DNA from: Mustelus asterias
Lineage: Eukaryota
Direction of reading: 5' to 3'
Assembly (NCBI RefSeq): GCF_964213995.1
Contig: NC_135808.1
Coordinates: 24,428,001-24,492,000 of the forward strand
Length of the DNA: 64,000 bases
Each line of letters opens with the position of its first letter. The stretch's first letter is position 1. Shown here piece by piece: positions 10,901 to 24,172 of the stretch. Position numbers and translations under genes: made by a program. Under the pieces are notes generated by a model, which was given only the letters and a program-made list of their open reading frames with translations, made no database searches and was not told the origin of the DNA.

Positions 10901-12007
10901 TAAAAATAAAACTAGCAATGATACCAGTGGGCACATTTCTTTAAATTCATTGGGGCTGTACGAGACAGAATTTCTAGTTAGGCTGCAATTTGGATTCTCT
11001 GCATTTATGTTTTTGCTAGAATTACCAGCCAGAATAAATCTTTAGAGATGCATTAATGATGTCGTTACCTCTGATGATACAGACCAATTGTCCTTTCTAT
11101 AATTTCAGATGCTGACAGAGACTATGTGGGGAATCTTACCAGAAAACGGCAGTGTTCTTTCTGGCGAGAAAACGGGTTTTCTCGCCGGAAACATGCCAGT
11201 TTTCTCTCCACATCTTATAAAACTCTGTCAAAACAAATCAAGGTGGGGTGAAAGGGGCGGGGGTGGGGAGGGATGTGTGCGTCTCAGCACACCGGTAAAG
11301 CACTGAGATTGGGGCACCGTCTTAAAAGGACACCCCAATCATTGCAGGAAAATACCTTCCCCCCCCCAACTACAGTGGTTCACCACACAGTGCTAACCAT
11401 TGTGCCATCGTGCCGCCCATAACGGAATTTGTGTAAGGGTTTTTCTGAGACGAGCGCACATTTATTTAATTATTAATTCGGGTGTAATGAAGTCAGACAG
11501 TTTTGTCTGTGGGTTCAGTGAATGCACACGGCATAATGACTGTGTCTTTGAGTTGAAATGTGGCTTCCTGTTTCACACAGTTGGAAAGCACTCAAACTGC
11601 CTGTATGTGGCAGAGGACACAGCTGTGGGGGCTATTCAACTTTGCGAGCAAGGATGGAAAAGTAGAACACTTCTTTTAAAATGAGTCACTTGTATGCAGT
11701 CTACAAGGAACACAGAAACTCCTCCAGGTAGAATCATAGAGGGAGAATGTGCAAACTCCACATAGAGTCATGCAAACTCGGATTGGACCAGGGTCCCTGG
11801 TGCTGTGAGGCAGCAATGTGCCACCGTGCCACGCCTTTAAAGCTCAACCAGGAAAGCAAATGGTACTTTGGTCTTTATTGTAAAGGGATTACAGAACAGA
11901 ATAAATCAGCCTTGTGACAAATGTACACACCATTGTTAACACCACACCTGTAAATTGTGTAGAGTTGTTCTGGCAGATGTACAGAGAATGTTTACTTTAA
12001 ATGATTG

Positions 12008-15000
12008 TGATGCGCGTTATCACACACGAGGCTTGATGCTCAGGAAATAAAGGCTTTTATTTGCTGTAACAAGGCAGCTACTAATTATATACGCGATCCC
12101 AGACTGAGGGGTCCCAGACAGAGCAGAGACCTTTATACCTCTCCCAGGAGGCGGAGCCCAACTGGGATGTACCACAATAACTATAATACAAGGTGTAACA
12201 GCCCAACCCTAACCCCAACAGCAACAAGTAGAACAACCCATCCCTAACCCCAACAGCAACATATATACATACTTGTAGTACTGGCCAGATCCTGGCTCAG
12301 TACTATCTAGTGGGAACCAACGATGGTTCACTACATTCACCCCTCCTTTGAAGACAAAGGCCGGCGGGGTACAAAAAAACAGAATAATTTGTCATCAGTC
12401 TATAAGTTCAGATGGTCAGGGGGACCGCACTGTCGTTGCGACCTCCTCAATACCGGCGATGACACCGGAGTAGGCACTTGCAGTGGCGTTCTCCCCAAGG
12501 CGATGTCCAACTGTTCCTCCACAGACTCACGGGCCGGTTGACCCTGAGGTGATGGTAATCCATGGAGTTCCGACACGCCCTGAAGTGGCGACCATCCTCT
12601 GGACTCAGGCAAGCTGTACACGGGAGTAAAAGGGTTAAGTCATGGTCCTGATGCTGCCCGCGCCGTGTCCGGAGGGGAAACAAGAGTTATGGGGTTTAAA
12701 ACAGGGGGTATGGGAGCGACAGGGGTTTCCACGTCCCCTGCTGGCGCCAGGTCTCAGATCGAGACTGTGTCCTCTCGCCCGTCAGGGTATGCCACATAGG
12801 CATACTGAGGGTTGGCGTGGAGGAGATGGACCTGTTCGACCAACGGGTCGGACTTGCGGGCCCTTGCATGTCGCCGCAGGAGGACAGGTCCTGAGTACGT
12901 CAACCAAGACGGTAATGAGGTCCCAGAGGAAGACTTCCGAGGGAATGAAAACATCCTCTCATGGGGAGTAGCGTTGGTTGCCGTACACAGGAGTGAGCGT
13001 ATGGAATGGAGCGCATCAGGGAGCACCTCTTGCCAACGGGAGACTGGAAGGCTTTTTGACTTCAACGCCAGTAAGACAGCCTTCCAGACTGTAGCATTCT
13101 CACGTTCCACCTGTCCGTTACCCTAAGGGTTGTAGCTCGTGGTTCTACTAGAGGCAATCCCGTATGAGAGCAGGTATTGCCTCAAGTCATCGCTCATGAA
13201 CGACAAGCCCCTGTCGCTGTGAATGTAGCTGGGGTACCCGAACAGGGTAAAAAGATCATGGAATGCCTTGATAACCGTGGCTGCCGATGTATCCGAGCAG
13301 GGAATAACAAAAGGGAATCTAGAGTACTCGTCAATGATGTTGAGGAAGTACACATTCCGATCTGTTGAGGGAAGGGGGCCCTTAAAATCGACATTCAGTC
13401 TCTCGAAGGGACGAGTGGCCTTGACTAATTGTGCCCGGTCAGGTCGGTAAAAGTGCGGTTTGCATTCCGCGCATACCCGACAGCTTCTTGTTATGGACCT
13501 GACGTCCTCCACCGAGTAGGGCAGATTGCAGGCTTTTATAAAGTGGTAGAGCCGAGTGAGCCCAGGATGGCATAGGTCATTATGGAGAGCCTGCAAACGG
13601 TCCTCCTGTATACTGGCGCATGTTCCACGCGAGAGGGCATCCGAGGGCTCAGAGTTTCCCTGGATGATACATGATGTCATAGTTATAGGTGGAGAGTTCA
13701 ATTCTCCACCGCAAGATCTTGTCGTTCTTGATCTTGCCCCTCAGCGTGTTATTAAACATGAACGCCACGGACCGCTGGTCCGTGATCAGGGTGAACCGTT
13801 TTCCCGCCAAGTAATGGCACCAGTGCCTGACGGCCTCCACAATGGCCTGGGCCTCCTTTTCCACCGCTGAATGCCGAATTTCGGGGCCTTGGAGGGTGCG
13901 GGAAAAAAAGGCGACGGGCCTGCCCGCCTGGTTAAGTGTGGCGGCCAGGGCGAAATCAGATGCATCGCTCTCCACCTGAAAGGGGATGGACTCATCAACA
14001 GCGTGCATCGTAGCTTTCGCGATGTCGGCTTTTAATTTATCAAAGGCCTATCGGGCCTCTGGTGTTAGGGGAAAAGAAGTGGACGTAATGAGCGGACGAG
14101 CTTTGTCTGCGTAATTGGGAAGCCACTGTGCATAATAAGAGAAGAAGCCTAAGCATCTTCTCAGTGCTTTTGCACTAGTGGGCAGGGGAAGTTCAGAGAG
14201 GGGGCGCATACGGTCTGCCTCAGGGCCAATGACCCCGTTTTCCACCACGTATCTGAGGATGGCTAAACGGCGTGTACGAAACACACACTTCTCCCTGTTG
14301 TAGGTCAGGTTCAGGCGAGATGGAGTGCGTAGGAAATTCAGGAGATTTGTGTAGTGGTCCTGCTGGTCATGGCCGCAGATGGTGACGTTATCCAGGTACG
14401 GGAAGGTAGCCTGCAGCCCGTTCTGGTCCACCATTCGGTCCATAGCACGCTGGAAGACCGAGACCCCATTGGTGACACCAAAGGGAACCCTGAGAAAGTG
14501 ATACAAGCGACCAACCGCCTCAAAAGCCGTGTATTGTCGATCCTCTGGGCGAATGGGGAGTTGGTGGTAGGCAGACTTGAGGTCTATGGTGGAGAACACC
14601 CGGTACTGCGCAATCTGATTGACCATGTCAGATATGCGCGGGAGGGGATACGCATCCAGCTGCGTGTATCTATTAATGGTCTGACTATAGTCAATGACCA
14701 TCCGGGGTTTGTTCCCACTCTTGACCACCACGACCTGCACTCTCCACGGACTAGCGCTAGGTTGTATGATCCTTTCCCTGAGGAGCCACTGAACTTCAGA
14801 TCGAATGAAGATCCGATCCTCAGCGCTGTCACGCCTACTCTTAGTCGCAATGGGCTTGCAGCCTGGCACAAGATTCTGGAACAGGGAGGGTGTGGTGATC
14901 TTCAGCGTCGAGAGGCTACAGGCGGGGCGCGTTGGGCAATTTGGAGGCTGCTGTTCTCCCACTGAAAGCGAAGGGAGTGGCCCACTGTACTGTAGGGTTA

Positions 15001-16769
15001 CACTCCTCAGGTGGACCATGAAGTTTAGTCCGAGAAGTATTGGCGCGCAAAGGTGCGGCAACACCAGGAGCTTGAAACGCTCGTAAACTGTGCCTTGCAC
15101 CGTTAAAGTTACCACGCAACTCCCTAGCATGGTGACAGACCGGGACCTTGATGCCATAGAAATTGTCTGTTTGACAGGTTGAATCCGGAGTCCACACTGC
15201 TTCACAGCGTCTGGGTGGATAAAACTCTCAGTGCTCCCGCTGTCAAACAGACAATCAATCAAGTGGTCGTTTACCTGAATGTCCATCATAGACTTATCAA
15301 GTCTCTGAGGCTTGGCCTGGTCCAGGATGATCGATGCCACCGTTGGTTCATGAGCGCCACTGCAGGCAGCTGAAATCGACGAGGATGACCCCTGCTGGTC
15401 GTTCGCGGTCGGTGCCGACCAACATGGCCGCTCCCATAGGTCGCACGTGGGTGATGGCGCCAAACTCAGCGACCCCTGGTGGTCACACATCTCTGACTCC
15501 GTCGACGGTAATGGCGTCGTCCTGGCCTCGCACGTGGACGAAACCCTCGACGATGTCGACGACGAAGAACCGGGCTCTGAGGAATCGCAGGCCGCACTGC
15601 TGTTCCGAGAAGCAGATTTAGATCGGAACACTTTCGAATAGTGCCCCTTCTTACCGCAAGCGGAGCACAACACCGCTTTAGCAGGACACCGTTGCCGAGT
15701 ATGCTTCGCTCCCCCACAGAAGTAACACCGCGGGCCGACCGGAGCTGCTGCCATCGTCTGGCCCGAGTGTGAGCACGCTATTACGCAGCATTTCGAACCC
15801 GAGGGACGAGGAGGGATTGGCGACTGCTCCTGCCATGTTGTCTCCACGTGGTCTTCAGGATACAATACTAGGCTTTTGGAGGCCGTCTCCAGCATCTCCG
15901 CTAGTTCTATTGCCTGGGTGAGGTCAAGGTTACCTTTCTCCAGTAGTTTGAGTCGGATGTACGATGATCCGACTCCTGCCACAAACGCATCTCGAGCGAG
16001 GTCGTTCATATTCTGCTCTGCCGACACTGCTTTGCAGTTACAGCCCCTGGCTAGCTGTAGGAGCTCGTTCGCGTATTCCTCCATTGTTTCGCCGGACTGC
16101 CGTCGGCGAGTGGCTAAGAGGTAACGAGCGTGTATTTTGTTGGGCGGTTTAATATAACGCTTCTTAAGAAGCTCGAGGGCCTTTGTGTAGTCGGTGGCCG
16201 CACGGATCGCGAGGTAGACGGTGTCGCTTACCCTCGCATGGAGGACCCGGAGTCTGTCATCATCTGTGGTGACCGCTGCGGAGGCTGCCAGGTAGTCCTC
16301 AAAACATTTCAACCAGTGGTCGAAGGTGTTAGAGGCGCCCACCGCACGTGGATCTAGTGTAAGGCGTTCAGGCTTCAGTATCTGCTCCATACTCTCTTTT
16401 TTTTTTCTCTTCGACGAGAGTTTATTTACAGCAAATAAAATTGATGCACGTTATCACACACGAGGCTTGATGCTCAGGAAATAAAGGCTTTTATTTGCTG
16501 TAACAAGGCAGCTACTGATTACATACACGATCCCAGACTGAGGGGTCCCAGACAGAGCAGAGACCTTTATACCTCTCCCAGGAGGCGGAGCCCAACTGGG
16601 ATGTACCACAATAACTATAATACAAGGTGTAACAGCCCAACCCTAACCCCAACAGCAACAAGTAGAACAACCCATCCCTAACCCCAACAGCAACATATAT
16701 ACATACTGGTAGTACTGGCCAGACCCTGGCTCAGTACTATCTAGTGGGAACCAACGATGGTTCACCACA
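12008..16769 (-). mobile_element. Full-length Ty3/Gypsy LTR retrotransposon (Mag-like, two CCHC knuckles), inactivated
   Basis: 328-bp TG..CA LTRs at 12008-12335 and 16442-16769 (7 mismatches by eye), 5-bp TSD GATTG (12003-12007/16770-16774), PPT CAAAGGAGGGGTGAA next to the 3' LTR. Confidence 0.95.
12400..16390 (-). pseudogene. Gypsy gag-pol polyprotein (Gag, PR, RT, RNase H, IN), disrupted
   Basis: CYFCGGAKHTRQRC and CSACGKKGH, LFDSGS, PFGV/YLDN, ESDAS..EKEA..ITDQ, HNDLCH..CRVC, VDF..SDRG..VER; in-frame stops at 14048, 13123, 12754 and a frameshift near 13655. Confidence 0.92.
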
Positions 16770-17078
16770 GATTGGGATTTATTTTGTGAGGAAAACTTGA
16801 GTAGGTTGGGGATTTATTCATTGGAGTTTAGAACAATGAGAGATAATCTCACTGGAAAAGGTTTGATTCTGATAGGGTAGAGAGACTGGAAGATTCTTTC
16901 TGCTGCTTAGGAATAAAATATGAGGGCATAGCATCAGGTTAAGAGGTGAATCATTTAAGATGAGGAGAAATGTCTTCACTCAAAGGGTTGTGAACCTTTG
17001 ATTCTCTACCCCAGAGAATTGTGGATACTTCACTACTGAAGATAGACAGATTTGTGGGGTCTGAGGGAATGGAGGTCA

Positions 17079-17270
17079 TGATGTGGAGATGCCGGCGTTG
17101 GACTGGGGTAAGCACAGTAAGAAGTCTCACAACACCAGGTTAAAGTCCAACAGGTTTATTTGGTAGCAAATACCATAAGCTTTCGGAGCGCTGCCCCTTC
17201 GTCAGATGGAGTGAAAATCTGTTCTCCAACAGTGCACAGAGACACAGAAATCAAGTTACAGAATTCTAAT
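17079..17270 (-). mobile_element. Penelope-like pLTR fragment with hammerhead motif
   Basis: Minus strand CCAT-CTGACGA-AGGGGcagcgCTCC-GAAA-GCTT-ATGG at 17173-17209. Confidence 0.65.
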
Positions 17271-17630
17271 TAGAGAGTAGGACTGAAATTGAGATGAGGC
17301 AGGAGATCAGCTATGATTGTGTTGAATGATGGGACAGTCTCATGAGGATGAACTCCTGCTGTTATAGCTCACACTCTCCACTGACTGAGGGTTAATATCT
17401 AACCCCAAGCACACCCCTTCACAGCATCACCCACAGAAATCACTGTCCACAAAGGGGCCAGCACGTTCTGTCAAAGTTGTTGCTTTCTTCACCAGTTTGG
17501 GAGGGGAAATCTGTGAGGAAATATCTTTCCAAGATTATGTCTCCCAGCTGTGTCCTGTACTGATATTAAACCCTGTTCCTGTTAAATTATGTAAATAGTA
17601 ACTGGACACCAAATACCATTGAAGAAATTG

Positions 17631-18568
17631 GGGCCGCAATTCTCCCAAAAAAGTTCTAAGTGTCGACTTCGTGGGAAAACTGGTGCAAATCACGCCAGTT
17701 TTATTTTCAGTGCAACTTTACATGCAACTCTCCCGTACTCTGTATAATAGAGGTCCCAATCGACAATATCATAAAAAACTTGGTGGGGGTGGGGGGGGGG
17801 GGTGCCCTAGTCACCCTGGAGGCTGATGATTCCAGAACTCTACACATGCGCAGTGGCCCTTATTGGTCATCCTCCCAAATGCTGGGCAGCTCAACACTGG
17901 CTATCCCAGGACCCTTGTAGTGCTGCCCCTCCAGCCAACCCTCGCCCATCCAGCGGTGACTATGCCCCCCTTCCTGGCACAACCCCCAGGGTGATTCCCC
18001 CAGGCCACTCTGATCACTGGCCTCCCTCCAGCCCCAACCGATCCCAATGCAGGGTGGCAGCGGGACACCCCCACTCCCATACCTAGGCCCCAGCTGGCCC
18101 TGCCCCCTGGGCCCCACTCCATTGGGACTGCTGGTGCACCTTGGGCATGGGCACTTTGCCCCTTGGGCTGGTACTGTCAGGGTTCCCATGCCCAGGGGGC
18201 ACCACCCCCTCACCATCGACCCCCTGGGGGGGCCCTGATTGCTTTCCCTTCATTCCAATGAGTTCGTCCCAATAGTCCCCTGAAAGTGGGGAGCTAGTCT
18301 GAACCCCACTGGAGTGAAATGCTCCTGACGGGTTGGAAGATGCCAGCGAGCCTGGAGAATTCAGTCCCAAGGCCCACTAAACACATTAAAAACAGACGCA
18401 AAGTACTCACCAGTTTCCAGTGAAGCTCAGATGGTGCCAGATATCAGGCGCTGGGAGATGTGTGCATGGCGGAACGCAGGCGCGAATCCCATGAATTGGC
18501 CAACATGCAATTCTCTCAACCCGCCGTGCTAAAACAATTAGTGCAGCGGGATGGGAGAATCATACCCC
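17631..18568. mobile_element. Probable non-autonomous DNA transposon (MITE-like)
   Basis: Imperfect terminal inverted repeats GGGGCCGCAATTCTCCC / GGGAGAATCATACCCC around a GC-rich non-coding core; absent from the paralogous unit. Confidence 0.45.
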
Positions 18569-19547
18569 CAGGATACAAACAGGACACAGCTTGTCGAGTC
18601 CTGTTTGAAAAGTTACTGTGTTTGTTCAGGAATGAATTTATTTTAAAAAAGTGGAGTTGATCGGGCAGAGTTAAATTGAAAGGTAAAATGGTGCACAAAG
18701 AAACAGTATTTAGAGATTTGATGCTTGGATCAGAGTCGGGAGATTGGAATGTTTGGGAGAAAGTCGACAGGAAGAAACAAATAGTGAGAGATCACGGAGA
18801 TGTGAGACCAAAGATTAGATTATTGAATCAGGATGAAGAAATGGGTCTCGCTGCTTTTCAGAAATGGGCTGTTGATGGCTGGTTGGTGGAATATCAGAAG
18901 CAGGTTAGAAAAAAGAAATTAAAGAAACTCACAGTAAAGTTTAAAATACTGTGTGAACAACCGGGTTGTTTATGTTCAGAGATACCCTGATTTGTAAACA
19001 AACAACTGTTCCTTTTACTTTATGAATATTTCTCCATTCTGTGCACAGATCTATAGAATGTGAAGCTATCTGTGTCCATGAGGGTGGCAGTGGTTAGCAC
19101 TGCTGCCTCACAGTGCCGGGGACGCGGGTTCAATTCCGGCCTTGGCCAACTGTCAGTTTAGAGTCTGGATAAGATGCTCTTTCATTAGAATAGGAATGGA
19201 TGTGATGGGCTAAATGGCCTTATGCACAGTAGGAATTCTATGCATTCTATGTCATGCAAGAGGTGAATGGAATTCAGGCTTTGGCTGATAAGTGGAAGAT
19301 TACATTCACACCCACAAAAGTGCCAGGCAATAGCTATCCCTAACAATAGTGAAGCTAACTATCTCTCCTTGACATTTGGAGTTACAGAATTGTTCTGGTG
19401 TTGACAGAGGCTATTTGGACCATTGTCTTATAATTTTTAGATTGAAAAAGTTTGTAAAAGTTTTGGAATTGGAAACTCTGCCCTCTTGTTTCAATGTAAC
19501 AATCTTCAAGGTTTCCTTTTCTGTTATTTGTGAAATGCGATTTTCCC

Positions 19548-20321
19548 TTAGAACAAAGGAAGTTACAGCACAGGAACAGGCCCTTTGGCCCTTCAAGCCT
19601 GTACCGACCATGCTGCCCGACTTAACTAAACCCCCTACCCTTCCGGGGACCATATCCCTCTCTTCCCATCCTATTCATGTACTTGTCAAGAAGCTCCTTA
19701 AAAGTCACTACCGTACCCACTTCCACTACCTCCCCTGGCAACGAGTTCCAGGCACCCACTACTCTCTGTTTTTTAAAAAAAACCTGCCTCGTACATCTCC
19801 TTTAAACCTTGCTCCTCACACCTTTAACCTGTGTCCCCCCCATAATTGACTCTTCCACCCTGGGAAAAAGCTTCTGACTATCCACTGTCCATGCCTCTCA
19901 TAATCTTGTAGACTTCTATCAGGTCGCCCCTCAACCTCCGTCGCTCCAGTGAGAACAAACTAAGTTTCTCCAACCTCTCCTCATAGCTAATGCCCTCCAT
20001 ACCAGGCAACATCCTGGTTAATCTTTTCTGTACCCTCTCCAAAGCCTCCACTTCCTTCTGGTAGTGTGGCGACCAGAATTGAACACTATATTCCAAGTGC
20101 CGATGAAGGTAAGCATGCCATGTGCCTTCTTGACTACCTTCTCCACCTGCATTGCCACTTTCAGTGACCTGTGTACCTGTGCACCCAGATCCCTTTGCCT
20201 ATCAATACTCTTAAGGGTTCTGCCATTTACTGTATATTTCCCATCTGCATTAGACCTTCCAAAATGCATTACCTCACATTTGGCTGAATTAAACTCCATC
20301 TGACATCTCTCCGCCCAAGTC
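19548..20321 (-). mobile_element. CR1/HER1 LINE, 3' part (continues at 32600-32695)
   Basis: Nearly colinear with 2771-3660; interrupted at AAGTC. Confidence 0.9.
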
Positions 20322-22961
20322 AGTGAGGGTGGTGAGGTATTGGGGAAGGTATCAGGGTCAAGGGTGGGTACCGGTAGACAGGAAGGTGGGTTGAAGTGTG
20401 TCTACTTCAATGCAAGGAGCATCCGGAACAAGGTAGATGAACTTGGGGCATGGATTGGTACTTGGGACTACGATGTTGTGGCCATTACGGAGACGTGGGT
20501 AGAACAAGGACAGGAATGGTTGTTGGACGTTCCGGGGGATTGATGTTTCACTAAGTGTAGGGAAGCTGGTAAAAGAGGTGGAGGAGTGGCATTGTTAATC
20601 AAGGATAGTTTAACAGCTGCGGAAAGGCACTTCGAGGGGGATCTGCACACTGAGGTAATATGGGCTGAGGTTAGAAATAGGAAAGGAGCGGTCACGTTGT
20701 TAGGAGTTTACTATAGGCCCCCAAATAGTAATAGAGATGTGGAGGAAGAAATTGCTAAGCAGATTATGGATATGTGTAGGGGTCACAGGGTAGTTGTCAT
20801 GGGGGACTTTAACTTTCCAAATATTGATTGGAGCCTTTGTAGGTCAAATAGTTCGGATGGGGCAGTTTTTGTGCAGTGTGTGCAGGAGGGTTTCCTGACA
20901 CAATATGTGGATAGGCCGACAAGAGGTGAGGCCACATTGGATTTGGTACTGGGAAATGAACCGGGCCAAGTGTTAGATTTGGTTGTGGGAGAGCACTTAG
21001 GAGATAGTGACCACAATTCGGTGTCTTTTGTTATTGCAATGGAGAGGGATAGGGCCGTACGGCAGGGCAAGGTTTACAATTGGGGGAGAGGTAATTATGA
21101 TGCGATTAGGCAAGAATTAGGGGGCATAAGTTGGGAACAGAAACTGTCAGAGAAAGGAACTAATGAAAAGTGGAACTTTTTCAAGGAACAAATACTGGAT
21201 GTCCTTGATAGGTATGTCCCTGTCAGGCAGGGAGGAAATGGCCGAGTGAGGGAACCATGGTTCACGAAAGAGGTGGAATGTCTTGTGAAAAGGAAGAGGG
21301 AAGCTTATGTAGGGATGAGGAAACAAGGTTCAGATGGCTCGATTGAGGGTTACAAGTTAGCAAGGAATGAGCTGAAAAAGGGGCTTAGGAGAGCTAGGAG
21401 GGGACACAAGAAGTCCTTGGCGGGTCGGATCAAGGAAAACCCCAAGGCTTTTTACTCTTATGTGAGGAATAAAAGAATGACCAGGGTCAGGTTAGGGCCG
21501 GTCAAGGACAGTAGTGGGAACTTGTGTATGGAGTCAGTAGAGATAGGCGAGGTGATGAATGAATACTTTTCTTCAGTGTTCACCAAGGAGAGGGGCCATG
21601 TTTTTGAGGAAGAGAAGGTGTTGCAGGCTAATAGGCTGGAGGAAATAGATGTTCGGAGGGAGGATGTCCTGGCAGTTTTGAATAAACTGAAGGTCGATAA
21701 GTTCCCTGGGCCTGATGAAATGTATCCTAGGATTCTTTGGGAGGCAAGGGATGAGATTGCAGAGCCTTTGGCTTTGATCTTTGGGTCCTCGCTGTCCACG
21801 GGGATGGTGCCAGATGACTGGAGAATGGCGAATGTTGTTCCTCTGTTTAAGAAAGGGAATAGAAATGACCCTGGTAATCATAGCCCTGTTAGTCTTACTT
21901 CGGTGGTTGGTAAATTGATGGAAAAGGTCCTTAGAGATGGGATTTACGACCATTTAGAAAGATGCGGATGAATCCGGGATAGTCAGCACGGATTCGTGAA
22001 GGGCAAGTCGTGCCTCACAAATTTGATAGAATTTTTTGAGGAGGTAACTAGGTGTGTTGATGAAGGTAGGGCAGTTGATGTCATATACATGGATTTTAGT
22101 AAGGCGTTTGATAAGGTCCCCCATGGTCGGCTTATGATGAAATTGAGGAGGTGTGGGATAGAGGGAAAGTTGGCCAATTGGATAGGTAACTGGTGTAAGG
22201 GAAATTGTATTAGATATTGTATGAGCTAGGTATGAAATTCAGATTCACAGGTTTTAGTAAAATGATATAGCAGATTTAGGTGAGTAGTGAGATGGGTATA
22301 TAACCTAAAATAACTTCGTGTGACCTAATATAATCAAGTGTAGTCGATATGATCAAAGTGGAGAAACTAGAGAAGTAATATAGCAATCACTAATTAAGGA
22401 AAGCAAACGATAGCCACCTGAGAAAACAAAGAAGACTGCTCGGTGGTTCAACTTAATAGTGGACCATAAACCAGCAGAGAGAATGTCTTTTCTGCTAAAC
22501 ACATTAGTGGACCATAAATCAGCAGGGGGATGTCTTTTCTTCTAAACACATTCGCCTTAGCTTACAAAACCACGATTATTGTACAAACAGAAAAGTTCAG
22601 ATAAGAGCAAGAGTTATAACCACCATGGTTTAAGAAACGAAGAGATATAACAGGGAACGACCAAATGCAAAGAAAACAGATAAAGGGTCAACTAAAATTA
22701 ATGGTGGCCAAAGAAAGATAGGGCTGTAGGGTAAGATTACAACCAAGGACAGGCAGTAAAAGGGAGATAAGGATCTTGAGATAGGAGGCTGAAATGTACA
22801 TAAAAGAGTGTAAGCCCAAGGGCTCTTTGGAGTGTTCCGGACGCTCCCGGCTTTGTCTCTTGTGCTGAGAAATAAAGTCTATTGCTTGAAAGATCGCTGC
22901 TCAGACTCTCTGTTTTAAACCGATGTGAACGAATTGTCGTCCTGGGGAACCACGACAAAAT

Positions 22962-22980
22962 TGGCGCTGCTTAGCAGGGT
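22962..22980 (+). other. ERV primer-binding site, tRNA-Ser-like
   Basis: TGGCGCTGCTTAGCAGGGT, 4 nt after the LTR; resembles the complement of tRNA-Ser(CGA/TGA) 3' ends as recalled, with an indel. Confidence 0.55.
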
Positions 22981-24172
22981 TGGTGAGAGATCGCCCAGAA
23001 AAGCATCTGGAAGGAGTAGCGGAGACGGTGGTCCGACCGGAACCGAGAGGTCCCCAGCCGGCCTTCTGTCAACAAGGTAAGCAGACTTGCATGCATGTAA
23101 ATCCTTGTTGTCAGAAAGGGGTTTTCTCGAGGCCCGGTGCGCCCGGCTCTCTGCTGGTCCTGGATCTCCCCAACCCAAAAAGATATCCTGCACAGGTAAA
23201 ACCAAATTGTGTAAAAATTTTGAGAGACTGAGTCTGATCCGAAGAGCAGAATTTTTGCATGCAAAAGCGCGCTGCGAATACTGTATTGTCTGTGAATGGG
23301 TAAAAAGTGAGACGGGAAAAAGGCCGAAAGCTAAAGTAATGCAATTAGGTTAAGTCAAGCGGTTTGGAGCGGGTTTTTCAGGTCACGACTTGCCCAGAAG
23401 AGAGTAAGTGTGGGAAAATCTGCCAGTCCAAACCTACCCAGGACCTCGGGTAAGGGACGTCAACCGAGAGGGAGAGAGATCAGTGAGAGATCACTCTCTG
23501 ACCTAATACAGTAGTCAAAAGCACAGGAGTGGATTTTAAGCACAGGAAAGGGGAGTAGCAGCTAGAATAGAGGAAGTAAAAGACCAATTTGAACAAACTG
23601 GTCTGAGGTAACAGCGTGGAGAACAGAAATAAGAGGAGAGTCGGAACATAGGTAGGGTAATAACTAACAACTTGGAAAGATTACCCTGACAAAACTGCCT
23701 GGTGACAAGATTGAAAATAACTAATCTTTGAATAATAACAAAAACGGAAGCAACACTGGATTGGAAAAAGATTACACACATAATTAACTTAGAGGAGATA
23801 AAGAATGAGTGGCCGTATGTAAAATGGGAAAGAGTAGTCAATAGGAATTGGATAGACGAAATAAAATTGGAAACCCTAGAGAAATTAATAAAGGGATCTG
23901 ACCGATACAGGATTCTTATACACATAGACGAGCAAGTGAAAACCTACTACCCTCTGGCCCGGGAGAGGAAGATAGTGCCGGGACAGGGGACTACGGGGAA
24001 GTGGATATCAGGACCCCGGTTAGAATTACAGATATTGGCAAAAGAAATCCAAAGGAAAGGTAAACAGGGGACTGAGCACGGAAAAACAATACAGCAAGTA
24101 ATAATCACTGTGATACCTAACTCTGACGGACTAAGTGACAAAAATTGCGACAGTGATCCAAAAAGACGAGTA

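Noticed and set aside
12206-12252. CCCTAACCCC telomere-like motifs
   Set aside because: Only two isolated copies within a short internal duplication of the Gypsy LTR
18676-18990. Plus-strand ORF conserved at 53521-53700 (VWEKVDRKKQIVRD..)
   Set aside because: The paralog has a stop just upstream and no homology is recognisable; better explained as the antisense of the duplicated minus-strand pseudogene, though not excluded
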